A stretch of DNA of 63,977 nucleotides, counting the filler, from Octopus bimaculoides (lineage: Eukaryota): NCBI RefSeq assembly GCF_001194135.2. It is 8 parts of 7 records of this genome, joined end to end, with 100 filler letters (N's around TTAATTAATTAA, not from the genome) between each part and the next. Parts side by side here need not be neighbours in the genome. Positions count along the whole stretch, not along the records: positions 1 to 29,851 come from NC_068981.1; 7 more parts are not named here. The stretch is one strand, 5' to 3'. The notes under the pieces were generated by a model. The model was not told the origin of the DNA, searched no databases, and worked only from the letters and a program-made list of their open reading frames with translations. Every line of letters begins with the position of its first letter. Within the stretch, counting starts at the first letter, position 1. Below, piece by piece: positions 14,073-27,720 of this stretch. The translations under genes and the position numbers were made by a program.

Positions 14073-15132
14073 ATACACACTGTTCCATTAATGTAAGATC
14101 GACAAAAAAGTACTCCGTCCTGGGAGAGATGAATATCATTCAGCGTACACTGTATTAAAATAAGAGCTAGTAATAGTATATTGCCACTGAGACACATGTT
14201 CAATCTTTCTGCTTTGCAGAAGTTGCATTTCTTTTTAGATCCAACAGTCGCAGCACACTACTTAATTCCAGATTCGAAATATTCGGGATGTGTCAGCATA
14301 TGGACAAATTTGTTTTATCCAGCTGGAATACACCGCCATTTCCAGAATGAGCAGTTGTCTTGCAGCGTTTGGACCCCTCTCTGTTGAATTGTTCTACAAC
14401 AAGTATTTCAATTATGACTTTTTCGTTGAAACGGGAGATAACTCTAATTTTCTTTCTTTCCTTTCTTAGTTTTCGTTCACACTTCGTCTTTTCAATGCAC
14501 TTACTTGCCTCAACCTTTTCGTTTTATCTCATGGTTTCTCATGTACCAGAGTTCTGATTTTTAATTAGAACAAACCATGTGGTCAGTACTGGAAGATTCC
14601 TTGGCGGCATAAATCACGTGTCTTAATCGCAAGAGCTTATTAGTAACTATCATTTTAATAGAGCATATATTAAATTTATATATATCCCCCCCCCCAAAAA
14701 AAATGGAAGAAAAAATCTTCAAAATGTAACCACATGTGGATCATTAGCGATTTTTTTCCTCCGTCTTCTTTTTCTCTTGGACTTTTCCCTGTCTCCTGTT
14801 TGCTCGAAACGTAAAACTACCTTTCTTTCATGCCCTGAGTGTCTGCTAATACTTTGCATGTACCACGTTCTCGCGTTGTTGTATTTTCTTGTGTTTTTCT
14901 TCGTTTTTTTAACTATATATATCTATATATATATATATATATATACATATACAAACGTATACATACACACATACACATGCGCGCGCACACACACATACAT
15001 ATACATGTACATACATACACACACACATACACACACATACACACACATACACACACACATGCACATATATATATATACATGTATACTTACATTTCTTATA
15101 TATTAATATATATTCTTTTATTATTTTATAAT

Positions 15133-15306
15133 ACTTCTTTCAGACATTAGACTGCAGCCATGCTGGAGCACCGCATCCAAAGGTTTTAGTTGAATGAATC
15201 CACCACAGGACTTACTATTGTAAAGCCTTGTACTAATTCTAACGGTCTCCTTGGCCGAACCGCTAGGGTTAAGAAGGCGTAAACATACCAACACCTGTTG
15301 TCAAGC
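15133..15306 (-). mobile_element. SINE family A, 3' half, inverted
   Basis: Reverse complement of the family A tail: 'actgcagccatgctggagcaccgc..ggacttact..ggccgaaccgcta..caacacc.gttgtcaagc'. Confidence 0.75.
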
Positions 15307-15347
15307 TGTCAAGCGGTGATAGAGAGACACAGATACAATGACACACT

Positions 15348-15393
<46 letters not shown>

Positions 15394-16032
15394 NNNNNNN
15401 NNNNNNNNNNNNNNNNNNNNNNNNNNNNNNNNNNNNNNNNNNNNNNNNNNNNNNNNNNNNNNNNNNNNNNNNNNNNNNNNNNNNNNNNNNNNNNNNNNNN
15501 NNNNNNNNNNNNNNNNNNNNNNNNNNNNNNNNNNNNNNNNNNNNNNNNNNNNNNNNNNNNNNNNNNNNNNNNNNNNNNNNNNNNNNNNNNNNNNNNNNNN
15601 NNNNNNNNNNNNNNNNNNNNNNNNNNNNNNNNNNNNNNNNNNNNNNNNNNNNNNNNNNNNNNNNNNNNNNNNNNNNNNNNNNNNNNNNNNNNNNNNNNNN
15701 NNNNNNNNNNNNNNNNNNNNNNNNNNNNNNNNNNNNNNNNNNNNNNNNNNNNNNNNNNNNNNNNNNNNNNNNNNNNNNNNNNNNNNNNNNNNNNNNNNNN
15801 NNNNNNNNNNNNNNNNNNNNNNNNNNNNNNNNNNNNNNNNNNNNNNNNNNNNNNNNNNNNNNNNNNNNNNNNNNNNNNNNNNNNNNNNNNNNNNNNNNNN
15901 NNNNNNNNNNNNNNNNNNNNNNNNNNNNNNNNNNNNNNNNNNNNNNNNNNNNNNNNNNNNNNNNNNNNNNNNNNNNNNNNNNNNNNNNNNNNNNNNNNNN
16001 NNNNNNNNNNNNNNNNNNNNNNNNNNNNNNNN

Positions 16033-16075
<43 letters not shown>

Positions 16076-16692
16076 TTGTATGAATACATGTATGTATGTA
16101 TTGTATGACAAATAGACAGATAAACCGACAGACAGAGAGTTAAACAGACAGTCACACAGACAAGCAGACATGTAGGTGGGTAGGCAGGTAGGTAGGAAGG
16201 GAGCTAGGTTGGTAGCTAGGTGGATAGGTAGGTAAGTCATGGGAAAGTAGATATAAGCAAAGAAATCAGGGTGGCAAAAGAGGACCAGAATTTAGACAGA
16301 ATAAATATTGATAAAAAATTACGAGAGAAATAAAGCCTTTTTATATCTTTTCCACCGTTTTCTTTCAATTCTTTAAGAGAAAAGAAAGTGGGAGACATAA
16401 GAATTATAGGAGACCTGCGGCACAGAACTACATAAATTGGCCCTAATATTAAAAAAATATCATCATCAGGTTTTTATTGATGAAGTTCTGTCTTCTGTTT
16501 TGGCTGTCTGCGACGGCGAAACTGGTGAGAGTAAAAATATTTATAAGAAGCGGGTTAGGCGTAACATTAGAGGTATAATTAATGTCAACAAGAGAAAAGA
16601 GAGCGAGAGAAAGAAAAGACAAGTGTGGTTACATAGATACACAATTCGGAGCAGTGCAGCTGGTCTGTGTGTATATAATACACACACACATA

Positions 16693-16757
<65 letters not shown>

Positions 16758-16837
16758 ACTATCTATCTACATACATACATATATATACACACGCACACAC
16801 ACATATGTATATATATATTTATATTTATATATATACT

Positions 16838-17082
16838 GGCGCAGGCGTAGCTGTGTGATAGGAAGTTTGTTTCCCAACCACATGGTTCTGGGTTCAGTCC
16901 AACTGTGTGGCACCTTGGCCAAGTCTCTTCTACTATAGCCTCGGGCCGGCCATTGCCTTGTAAGTGGATTTGGTAGAGGGAAACTGAAAGAAGCCCGCTG
17001 TATATGAGTTTATAAACATATATATATGTGTGTGTGTGTGTGTGCATGTGTGTGTGTGCGTGTGTGTGTGTGTGCATGTGTG

Positions 17083-17126
<44 letters not shown>

Positions 17127-17345
17127 TGTGTGTGTATGAGTGTGTCTTTGTGTCTGTGTTTGTCTTCCCCACCACCGCTTCTCAACCCGTGTTGGTGTTT
17201 ATGTCCACGTAAATTAGAGGTACAGCAAAAAATACCGATAGAATAAGTACCAGCCTTTAAAAAAATTTAGTACTGGGATCGGTTCATTCGACTAAAAATT
17301 CTAAGACGGCATGACTACAGTCTTATGGCTGAAAGAAGTAAAAGA
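16838..17345 (+). mobile_element. SINE family A, full length with expanded central (TG)n
   Basis: Head 'ggcgcaggcgtagctgtgtgataggaagtttgtttcccaaccacatggttctgggttcagtcc'; the tail ends 'ggctgaaagaagtaaaaga'. Confidence 0.85.
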
Positions 17346-17399
17346 AAAAAAGATATATTTGTGTGTATGTATGTATGTTCATTCATACATACATACATT

Positions 17400-18025
17400 A
17401 CAAGTGAAGACCTCAATGAAATGTAAGCACGACAGACCTGATATAATGATTTCGGATAGTGAAGAAAAATATGCACGGTTGTGGAAATTAGCTGCCCAGC
17501 AGAAGATCAGTAAAAAAAGAGAACACCTATGCTGAACTTTTGAGAAATCTGCAGTTACTCTATTCAGATCACAAGTTCAGGTTTATACCTGTAATTATTG
17601 GAGTCCTAGGATATGTAACACACTGACTAAATACCAATCTTGAGAAATTAGGCTTCTCAAAACTAGAAAGGAGGAATCTAATTCGAAGACTACAGATCCA
17701 ATCCATCACTGGAACAGCAAAAAATCTGGAAAACTTTCCAGAAGTTTATCATTTAAATATATATGAGCATCTCTAGATATGCAACTATATGCATGAGAAT
17801 ACATACATAAAAATTACAAATCTGCACATACAATCATACATACATACATACATACAAACATACATACATACATGCATGCATGCATGCATGCATACATACA
17901 TACATACATACATACATACAAACAAAAATACTCTGTTATTGATGTTGAAATACCAATGAAGGAGTCTTGGATCTAGGTTAGAAACTGCTTCTTTATTGGC
18001 AAGAAATCTTGAAATAAACTGAATA
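17400..18025 (+). mobile_element. R4/Dong-like non-LTR retrotransposon 3' end (restriction-like endonuclease plus 3' UTR)
   Basis: The translation with frameshifts is KTSMKCKHDRPDIMISD..VVEISCPA..YAELLRNLQLLYSDHKFRFIPVIIGVLG..RRLQIQSITGT, a PD-(D/E)xK REL motif. The 3' UTR 'ttggatctagg.tagaaactg..ctattggcaagaaatcttgaaataaactgaataat' recurs at 38440-38572. Confidence 0.7.
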
Positions 18026-18383
18026 ATGACGTACAAACATACGCTAACATTATTATAAGTCTCGAATATGATAGCGCTTATTATTGTCTTCTTTCAACAA
18101 TTCAGATTATTTCGACTTCCAGTGTTGCTCCATTTTCTTCTGAATTCCCTTTCTGTCTTCTTTCAGTTCTCATTCATTTTACTTCGAGGCTTGCCTCTGT
18201 TTCTTGGTATCAATTTGTAACAGATCTTCCGCTCTCCAATTCAAGTTAACCCTGAATTTTTTTTACCCTGCTGTTTCTGTTCCTTGTGAGGAATTTCACT
18301 TCATGTGGTAATCTACAATCTTGTCTAGAGCATTATCATTATGTTTCCCATCTCGCTTCCCACCCTCGCAATCATTCACTCAC

Positions 18384-18440
18384 CTCCACCTTATATTTCA
18401 CTGTTTGTACGCCCGACTGCTTCTGTCACCAGTAATCTTT
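18384..18440 (-). CDS. Candidate terminal coding exon A2 of an unrecognised gene
   Basis: Acceptor 'aactttcaacag' and donor GAG|GTGAGT. The phase-1 reading is (K)RLLVTEAVGRTNSEI*, with TAA at 18393-18391, 7 nt before the donor. The other phases also stop. Confidence 0.4.
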
Positions 18441-18489
18441 CTGTTGAAAGTTACTCTTAACACACACACATATGTAGGCAGCATTCAAA

Positions 18490-18523
<34 letters not shown>

Positions 18524-18599
18524 TACTTATGTATGTATATAATATATAAATGTATGTAAGGGGGCATATACATGCGTTCATACATACATACATACTCAC

Positions 18600-18755
18600 T
18601 TACAATTATTAGATAACGTCGCGAAAGACAAATTAATTTATTCAGCATCCTATCTGTCTCACAGTCTTCATTTAACTGTCTTTGTAATTGATAAGATATA
18701 CAGTCGTATCTACGTTGGTTCAAGTATATTGCGATATTACTCTGAGAAGTCCCAC
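18600..18755 (-). CDS. Candidate coding exon A of an unrecognised gene
   Basis: Open frame GTSQSNIAIYLNQRRYDCISYQLQRQLNEDCETDRMLNKLICLSRRYLIIV with a phase-1 donor A|GTGAGT. The acceptor is either ttag| at 18755 or an inner cgtag| (phase 2). It is similar to exon B at 36306-36403. Confidence 0.45.
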
Positions 18756-18894
18756 CTAATAATGTATTACATAGTAGCAGTTGGAAATTTATAAGTTTTA
18801 AAATTTTCACCATTATTCCGAAATAAACAAGATTAAAATATCATTCAACAATTGAATTTAGATTATGATTATTGCTATGAAATAGTTATGTATG

Positions 18895-19068
18895 CGTATG
18901 AGTGGCTATGTGGTAAGTAGCTTGCTTACCAACCACACGGTTCCGGGTTCAATCCCACTGCGTGGCACCTTGGGCAAGTGCCTTCTACTATAGCCTCGGA
19001 CCGACCAAAGCCTTGTGAGTGGACTTGGTAGACGGAAACTGAAAGCCCGTCGTATATATGCATATATA

Positions 19069-19108
<40 letters not shown>

Positions 19109-19229
19109 TGTGTGTGTTTGTCCCCAACGTCGCTTGATAACCGATGCTGGTGTGTTTACGTCCCCGTAACTTAGCGGTTCGGCAAAAGAGACCGATAGAA
19201 TAAGTATTAGGCTTCCAAAGAATAAGTCC
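18895..19229 (+). mobile_element. SINE family A (3' end in gap)
   Basis: 'gtggctatgtggtaagtagcttgcttaccaaccacacggttccgggttcaatcccactgcgtggcaccttgggcaagtg...'. Confidence 0.9.
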
Positions 19230-19828
19230 NNNNNNNNNNNNNNNNNNNNNNNNNNNNNNNNNNNNNNNNNNNNNNNNNNNNNNNNNNNNNNNNNNNNNNN
19301 NNNNNNNNNNNNNNNNNNNNNNNNNNNNNNNNNNNNNNNNNNNNNNNNNNNNNNNNNNNNNNNNNNNNNNNNNNNNNNNNNNNNNNNNNNNNNNNNNNNN
19401 NNNNNNNNNNNNNNNNNNNNNNNNNNNNNNNNNNNNNNNNNNNNNNNNNNNNNNNNNNNNNNNNNNNNNNNNNNNNNNNNNNNNNNNNNNNNNNNNNNNN
19501 NNNNNNNNNNNNNNNNNNNNNNNNNNNNNNNNNNNNNNNNNNNNNNNNNNNNNNNNNNNNNNNNNNNNNNNNNNNNNNNNNNNNNNNNNNNNNNNNNNNN
19601 NNNNNNNNNNNNNNNNNNNNNNNNNNNNNNNNNNNNNNNNNNNNNNNNNNNNNNNNNNNNNNNNNNNNNNNNNNNNNNNNNNNNNNNNNNNNNNNNNNNN
19701 NNNNNNNNNNNNNNNNNNNNNNNNNNNNNNNNNNNCACGCGCACACACGCGCACACACGCGCACACACACATACACATACACGTAGACACATACACACGC
19801 ACATATATGTAGCGAGAGAGAAAGAAAG

Positions 19829-19877
<49 letters not shown>

Positions 19878-20071
19878 TGGGTGAGTTTGTATATCTTTTA
19901 TGGGTGTTTAGTCCATCTACTCGGCTAAAACTCTCAAAGCGGTGCTCCAGCATGATCGCGGTGCAATGACTGAGGCAAGTAGGAAATAAATATAAGATGG
20001 AATACGATTTCGACGAAATCGTTTTGAGTAACACGACAGAAGAAACATTTTAAAACACTCTCGTTTACTTG

Positions 20072-20275
20072 TTTACTTGTTTCAGTCATGTGACTGTGGC
20101 CATGCTGGAGCACCGCAGGACTTATTCTTTGTAAACCGATGTTGCTGTGAATACATCCCCGTAATATAGCGGTTCGCCAAAGCAACCGACAGAATAAATA
20201 TTAGGCTTACAAAGAATAAGTCCTTGCGTCGAATTGTTCCAGCATGGCTGCAGTCAAATGACTGAAACAAGTAAA
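20072..20275. repeat. Palindromic fusion of two SINE A 3' ends
   Basis: The left arm 'tttacttgtttcagtcat..gccatgctgga..aggacttattctttgtaa' is the reverse complement of the right arm 'ttacaaagaataagtcct..tccagcatggc..atgactgaaacaagtaaa'. Confidence 0.8.
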
Positions 20276-20479
20276 AGAGTAAATAGTTTTTCTGATAATT
20301 TTGCCACTTTAATAATTAAACATCTAATTATTAAAGTGGGAAAATTATCAGAAAAGCCATTTCTCTTCATTTTTTCAAATATATAATACTGCACCAAGGA
20401 GTGCTTCTTGCTTATTCTATTTACACACAGAGAGGTACCGGTTGTATTTAAAAGAAAGGGAAATGTACAGATGTACGTA

Positions 20480-20772
20480 GGCGCAGGAGTGGCTGTGTGG
20501 TAAGTAGCTTGCTTACCAACCATATGGTTCCGGGTTCAGTCCCACTGCGTGGCATCTTGGGTAAATGTCTTCTCCTAAAGCCTCGGGCCGACCAGAGCCT
20601 TGTGAGTGGATTTGGTAGATGGAAACTGAAAGAAGCTCGTCGTATATATATATATATATATATATNNNNNNNNNNNNNNNNNNNNNNNNNNNATATATAT
20701 GTATGTGTGTGTATATGTTTGACAACCGATGCTGGTGCGTTTACGTCCCCGTAACTTAGCGGTTCGGCCAAA
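20480..20772 (+). mobile_element. SINE family A, 3'-truncated
   Basis: Head 'ggcgcaggagtggctgtgtggtaagtagcttgcttaccaaccatatggttccgggttcagtccc'. Confidence 0.9.
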
Positions 20773-20873
20773 AAGATAGTATAGTGTGTGTGTGTGTGTG
20801 TGCGTGTGTGTGTGTGCGTGTGTGTGTGTGTTTACATCACAGATACAGTATGTGTGTTTATAGTAGAAAGGCA

Positions 20874-20904
<31 letters not shown>

Positions 20905-21915
20905 AGGGAGAGAGAGGAAAAAGAACATTGCAAACAATGAATGAAATAAACATGAAATGAAAAAATCGTATAAATAAAAGCTCGTTAAAAACTATCTTGT
21001 ACCGAATATTTAAGTCTGTTAATTTGAAATATTCAATAATAAAAAGCAAGTTCAGAAAGTAAATTTTCCTGAAAACTTCAATTGATAAAAAAATATCTCT
21101 TGCTTAGTAAATATTTTTTTCAGTAATTTATCGTAGTTGTAATATATCTCTAATTTAAACAAACTTTAAGATGACCCAGCCACGTTTAGCGTGCTAGAAA
21201 TAGCAGCGGTCACTTAGTTGTTATTGTAAGACTTATAGGGTTCCAAACAGCCATACCAACAAAATCACTTCATAATTTTTTCTAATTATACCGGTACGTT
21301 AAAAAAATTTTCATTTTATCAAAAATATTCATTTAACAAACTGCGGATACTGATATTATTCTTGAAATTGTGCTTCGTATCATTAACCTCAAAGTCATAC
21401 AGCTATTGTGTCTAATAGTATTCATTCATTCGATAAATGATTTTTTACATTACGTATATAGAATAAACTGTGGGTTTTGTAAATGGTGAATTAAAACTTG
21501 AATGAAAACATTGTAATAAATGTATATTGAATTATCATTAATGAAAATAGAGGCGAGAGAGAGTGAGAGACTGTTACAAATGAAAACGGAAAATATCGCC
21601 TGCAGCCAATTAATATTGCTTCTTAAACATTAAAATCTACTCCGCAGTGAATGCAACGAATATTTAAATTTGTGAATAACTTGTAGTTCAAATATTTAAT
21701 AAACTTTAGAAATCGAAATTACAGGAAATTTCTGGAACATGAATTTATTAAAATATTCCAAATGGTCAGGCCTTTAATAATTGCTTTCTTTTAGTAATTG
21801 CTACACACCGAATTAATAAGCACATTTCTCCATTATAACATGTTTGTGTATGTGTTTGTATATGTGTGTGTGCATGTGCGTACGTGCGCGCGGGGTGTAC
21901 GTTTGTGTGTGTGAA

Positions 21916-22190
21916 AGCGCATGGCCTAGTGGTCAGCGTGCTACACTCACGATCGAGAGATCGTGGTTTCAGTTCCTGGACAGAGTAGGAAGTAGTATTT
22001 TTGAGTAAAACACTTCATCCCACGTTGCCCTATGATCACTTCGACACCTGCTGTGTGGTACAACGTTCAACTTTTCAGACAACGTTCATCTGATGGAGGG
22101 AGTAAGCTCATGTACAGCACTTTTATTTGATCGCTATAAAAAAAAAATCATTCGTGCAGGTTGTTCACCCAGAAATTACAGAACTCTCTT
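21916..22190 (+). mobile_element. tRNA-derived SINE family C (CORE-like middle), degenerate
   Basis: 'agcgcatggcctagtggtcagcgtg..tcgtggtttcagttcctgg..ttgagtaaaacacttcatcccacgttgc' has A/B-box-like motifs. A related copy lies at 28790-29050. Confidence 0.6.
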
Positions 22191-22319
22191 TCTAGCACAA
22201 CGATAAACTACCATTAGTTTCACATTCGGGAAATGAAATAGTCTTTTATGTTTCGAGCCTACGCCCTTCAACAGAAAGGAATAAGAGAAAATAAACAGAG
22301 AAAGAAAAAAAAAACTTGT

Positions 22320-22500
22320 AGATTTCAGCGGTCCAGCATGGATATGGCCCGCAATTTCGGGGTGGGGGTTATGTCGATTACATTGATCCCAAAATTCAAC
22401 TGGTACTTATTTTATCGACTACGAAAGAATGAAAGGCAAACTTCACCTCGATGAAATTTGAGTTCCGAACGTGCAGACGGACGAAATGCCCCGAAGCATT
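22320..22500 (-). mobile_element. SINE family B fragment
   Basis: 'gcccgcaatttcggggtgggg..gtcgattacattgatccc..actggtacttattttatcgac..gaatgaaaggcaaa..gagttccgaacg' is the reverse complement of the family B consensus seen at 30510 and 63100. Confidence 0.75.
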
Positions 22501-22804
22501 ATATATATTCATAGAGTTGCACCTATGATACGATATTGCTTTGAAGCGATTTAATCGATCATATAGTCCTTAGNNNNNNNNNNNNNNNNNNNNNNNNNNN
22601 NNNNNNNNNNNNNNNNNNNNNNNNNNNNNNNNNNNNNNNNNNNNNNNNNNNNNNNNNNNNNNNNNNNNNNNNNNNNNNNNNNNNNNNNNNNNNNNNNNNN
22701 NNNNNNNNNNNNNNNNNNNNNNNNNNNNNNNNNNNNNNNNNNNNNNNNNNNNNNNNNNNNNNNNNNNNNNNNNNNNNNNNNNNNNNNNNNNNNNNNNNNN
22801 NNNN

Positions 22805-22839
<35 letters not shown>

Positions 22840-25043
22840 CAATAAGCTACATTAATATGTTTTACTGAATCAAGTAGCGACTTAATTTCTTACAAACATT
22901 CTGGTGTAAGTAGAAAGATGAAATAGTTATGGAAGAGGTTCTGATGTGATGCAGTGAAAAAAGCGCAATATTGGTAAAGTATACAATACAGGGTCCCAGG
23001 GTTTGAAATGGATATTTAATTTCAACACGGTCTTCCATACTTTCCTTTATTGAAAGAAAAATCAGAAAGTATTGTATTATTCACAGTTATTATCAAAATA
23101 TTTCTATATTTAATTTACCGTGATTATTAGCTTAATTATAATAGAACCAATATACGAAATTATAATTTCAAATTCATTGAATGCTAATTGAATAACCTAA
23201 GCTTTCCGTAGTCACACAATGATTTAAAATGCTAATCAAATAAGACAATCCCAATCTGTCCGACCGTAGAAATAACACTTCACGATGACATTATGCAGAA
23301 AATATTCGTAACACTATGCTGAGAGATAATTTTGAAACGAAGAAACTCAGTTAAAATTTTAAACCGAAGTCTTCCGTTAAATATTACTGTCTGGAGTTTA
23401 TATCTCGATGTGCCTGGAATTCCTCCAAACCAACCATTCATACATTATATTTTCGACTTGGCATCGATACACATTTCTGATGCTCTTTGCTGAATGAGAT
23501 CAATGTCATCAGAATGAATACAATACACATTGCCATGCAAAATACATCAGCAGGTAGTAAGCATATTAACTCATTGACACAACACTGAAAACTGGACAAT
23601 AATATATATACAACCATTTGAAAGAAAATATACCGACTTATTTACAGCAGAAAAGTAGACAAGGCGCTAACAATTGAAAAATTTACCGCAAAAGGACAAT
23701 AGACTAATTAATAAAACACACAATAAAAGAAGAAAAAGCATTAAAAATGAGCAGATAGAATCGATTTTAATCTGTGCCAGTTTGCCCGTCAAAAAATCTA
23801 TAAAATGTGTGCCGAAAAATTAATGTATTCGCAAAATAAATTTCAGTGTTTTCTACAGTGTTCAAAAGACATTCGATGCACAACATTACTATTGTGACTA
23901 TGAATAATATATCGTGACAGTATAATTATTATGGCGACCTGCTGGGACTTTATAATTGTTAGGTTAGTTATTTATTCTCTAGTGATAATGTTAACATCAC
24001 TTCTCTAATTCCCTTTATGACTATAATGTTGTTAACATATTTATTACACAGGCTATGTCAATCCCTTAACAACCAAACTTTAATTAAAATAATACCGAAT
24101 CTAGCAAAGGAAGTGATTACCTTCAGAACAGAACACGCCTATTTTAATCTTTGAAATCATAGGGAGTATCTGGAACAATTCTAATAACGGATGATAATAA
24201 AAGGCAAAACATATAACTCAGTCGAGTAACACGTAACTAGATCAGAAATTAAATATTATGTATAACAGGCGAACGAACAAGCAGATTATTATATAGATTG
24301 ATATTATAGCTTATGACAAATCGTTGATACAGCGTATCCATAATATGCCCCACTAACAATTGTTGATATCCACCAAAATGTTAAGTCATTTCCCACCGGT
24401 AATTTTTTTTTTGGGGGGGGGGGGTTGTACTTTTGCTTCTGTTGTTTTATAGGCTCAGGTCTCCTCCAGCAGAGCAGATGCACGGCATAACATATTACAG
24501 TCGTGGATCTCCCTTACCGAATTACTGAACTGATTCGAATTATTTGTGGGACGGGTGTAAATTCACGTCGGAGAATTTTAGCGCTTTACTACGGGTCTGT
24601 TGCGTATTGGAGGGGTAGAACCCATATAAAGGGAATACGCCATCGCACTTAATGAACAGCTGCACCTTAATGAAGATTGCTAGGACTGGGTGGTCGTTTC
24701 CACGGTTTTTATTTGCATTTGTCATACTTATTCACTAGTTTATTTNNNNNNNNNNNNNNNNNNNNNNNNNNNNNNNNNNNNNNNNNNNNNNNNNNNNNNN
24801 NNNNNNNNNNNNNNNNNNNNNNNNNNNNNNNNNNNNNNNNNNNNNNNNNNNNNNNNNNNNNNNNNNNNNNNNNNNNNNNNNNNNNNNNNNNNNNNNNNNN
24901 NNNNNNNNNNNNNNNNNNNNNNNNNNNNNNNNNNNNNNNNNNNNNNNNNNNNNNNNNNNNNNNNNNNNNNNNNNNNNNNNNNNNNNNNNNNNNNNNNNNN
25001 NNNNNNNNNNNNNNNNNNNNNNNNNNNNNNCATATACACACAC

Positions 25044-25096
<53 letters not shown>

Positions 25097-25262
25097 TACG
25101 ACGGGCTTCTTTCAGTTTCCATCTACCAAATCCACTCACAAGGCTTTGGTCGGCCCGAGGCTATAGTAGAAGACACTTGCCCAAGGTGCCAGGCAGTGGG
25201 ACTGAACCAGGAATCATGTGGTCGGTAAGCAAGATACTTACCACACAGTCAATCCTACGCCT
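25097..25262 (-). mobile_element. SINE family A, 5' half
   Basis: 'acgacgggcttctttcagtttccatctaccaaatccactcacaaggctttggtcggcccgaggctatagtagaagacacttgcccaaggtgcc'. Confidence 0.9.
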
Positions 25263-27319
25263 TGTGTATTTATCGTTAAATCTTCTAGAAATAACAACTA
25301 AATATTCCTCAAATCGCACATTACTGTCTTATATATCACAAGAAGATAAATTATACAAAGAACACACAAAGTCGTCATAAACCCTGTAAGAAATTTCATA
25401 TCTGTAATATCAAGAAAAACTGTAAGTGTCCAGTAGCTATTGCATCTTATTGCAATATCTACAGCTGTTTTTTTTTTTTAAATCGATAGCATGATTCAGA
25501 TTATAACAATGAAGTACAAACACGGAATCACATACATATTACAACGGACATACAAACACACAAATGCTCACACATACACAGTTACATCCGGAACATTACG
25601 TTTGTCTGCATCCCATGCTACTCTGTAGACGGCTTGTCATCACATCTCTTGTATGGTAAGTGATTCATCAGTAAGCTGTCTTGACTTGCTTTGTTTTCTT
25701 CTAAAAAATTTATGTTTATTGTTCGGGTTTCGTTTTATTTCCCCCATGTTTCTGTTGTTTCTAGATAGGAAGGTGGATCAATGAATATTATTTCTACAAA
25801 CTTTGGGGTTCTGTCGCTGCTGTGCGTTAACTACGTTTCAGTCCAGTGACTTGTCATCACTTGTTATGTATCCATATTAAATTTAGATATATCTATAAAA
25901 TAAACAAGAACGTTGTAAAATTCTTCTTTTAAATAACATTAAGCGATATATGTTGCGAAACATTTACACTGTTATGCACATTAGGCAAACCGATCCAGTT
26001 TTTACTAGGTTTATGTATACAATGCGTAGCTGTTATGTCTAATATTTTATTTAGTGTGTAATAAAAATAAATAAATAAACAATGAGTGATTGCCCTCTGA
26101 TAAGATGTTAAAAAATGCTGAGAATAAACAGGACGATCTGCTTTGTCTGCTAACAAAGAGAGGAAATAATAAGTAGTTTAACCACATTGTCTAATTTTCT
26201 CTGTAGAAACAAGAATATGTGGTGTGTGTTTATTAAGAAACACATACATGTTTGTTTACCCTGGGAAATATGCTACATAAAGCATTTCCTGATGTATGAG
26301 AGGTTTATACATGTGTGTATGTGAGTGTGTAAACTCATGTGTGTATTTGAATACGAGTGTGTCGGTGTGTGTCAGTGTATGTCAGTGTGACAGTGTAGCC
26401 ATATATACTATGTGTGTGTATGTGCAAGAGCACGTGTGTGTGTGTGTTCGTGTACGCGTTTATAATGTTGAGAGGTTTAACTCTACAAACAAGAGAAAGA
26501 GATCTTAATACATACGACAAAACGTTTTAGTTTGACAACTGCATTGAGATTAAATTCTAGACATTTTAATGATTTATATATATTCGTAGCAAATGAAATA
26601 TATATTTCTTGGGCATGCATGCATGCATGTATTTATATGTGCGTGCGTGTGTGTGTGTATGTATGTGTCTCTACATATTGATACATGTGTATATGTATGT
26701 ATACATACATTTAGGTCAAGGATACTATTCAAAGATTATTTGAAGGCTATAGCGAAAAGAACTGTTATGTTAATACACACCAGCAACAAAGGAACTCTGT
26801 TAATACGAGGGAAATTTCGAAAAAACCAAGCCAATTATGCAATTATCAAGGTGCCGTTAAGCTGAAATGGGAAATAGCAATATTTCTGTAAACTTTGGCC
26901 GTAGATCCAATATAGAGATATATAGTTAATTTGAGATAAGCCATCACTGTGTAATAAAGCTATTTTGAACTTTAGATAAGGTTAAGGAAGCATTGTGTGT
27001 CTCCTACAGAAGCAACGTTACCAAGTTTTCTAATATACATCTCTCTTCTTCCCCTCTCTGTTGAACGTACTCTACGTATACTTCAAAGTACCAGCCATGT
27101 CACACATTGTGTCATGGTGATTTTTGAGGGGGGCGAGTATTTGCTGAATACTCAATAATACACATTATAATTAAATGAGTAGCGAATTTCGGTGAACGAA
27201 CATTTGCCTCATACTATCTCTAAAATGAGGCCAGATAGACTTTTTTTTATATTCAAATAGATATAACTGACAACAGATATGTCTTTCCGCGCATATCAAT
27301 GCATGAGGTCACGTGTATG

Positions 27320-27375
<56 letters not shown>

Positions 27376-27394
27376 TTAGCAGCCCTTACTGTTG

Positions 27395-27720
27395 GTTTAC
27401 ACTGCCTTGCTTTCGTTACCAACTTCGACCCTCCGCAAATCCCAAATGTTATTTAATTTGCTTTACGGGAGCAAGTGATTTGACGAAGGCGCATCTTATC
27501 CTAATTGCTCGAAATGCGGAGTAGATAAAACAGCCGACAGCTAATGAAGGGCTGTTCTTTATGTTACTTGTCTTGTTTTCCATTTGTTTCTTTCGCTGTT
27601 CACAGATAAAGTTCGTATTCCATGTTTTTGTATTTCGTATTTCATGTTGTTCTATGACTCCTGTACCTATATATGCATATGCATATACATATATATGTAA
27701 GTATGTACATACATGTACCT
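27395..27720. repeat. Dispersed repeat, copy 2 of the 975-1200 family (opposite orientation)
   Basis: The reverse complement shares 'cccttcattagctg' and the 'tacaggagtcat..aacatgaaatacgaaa' blocks with the other two copies. Confidence 0.5.

Noticed and set aside
23395-23500. LDVPGIPPNQ resembling a Helitron/PIF1 helicase motif
   Set aside because: It is a single short motif, and the following LKVG/LRN/NGTR motifs are absent.
27475-27550. ttgacga...gaaa...gta as a complete hammerhead
   Set aside because: The core C3 is lost, stem II is poor, and there is no stem I complement. It is kept only as a family-level hint.
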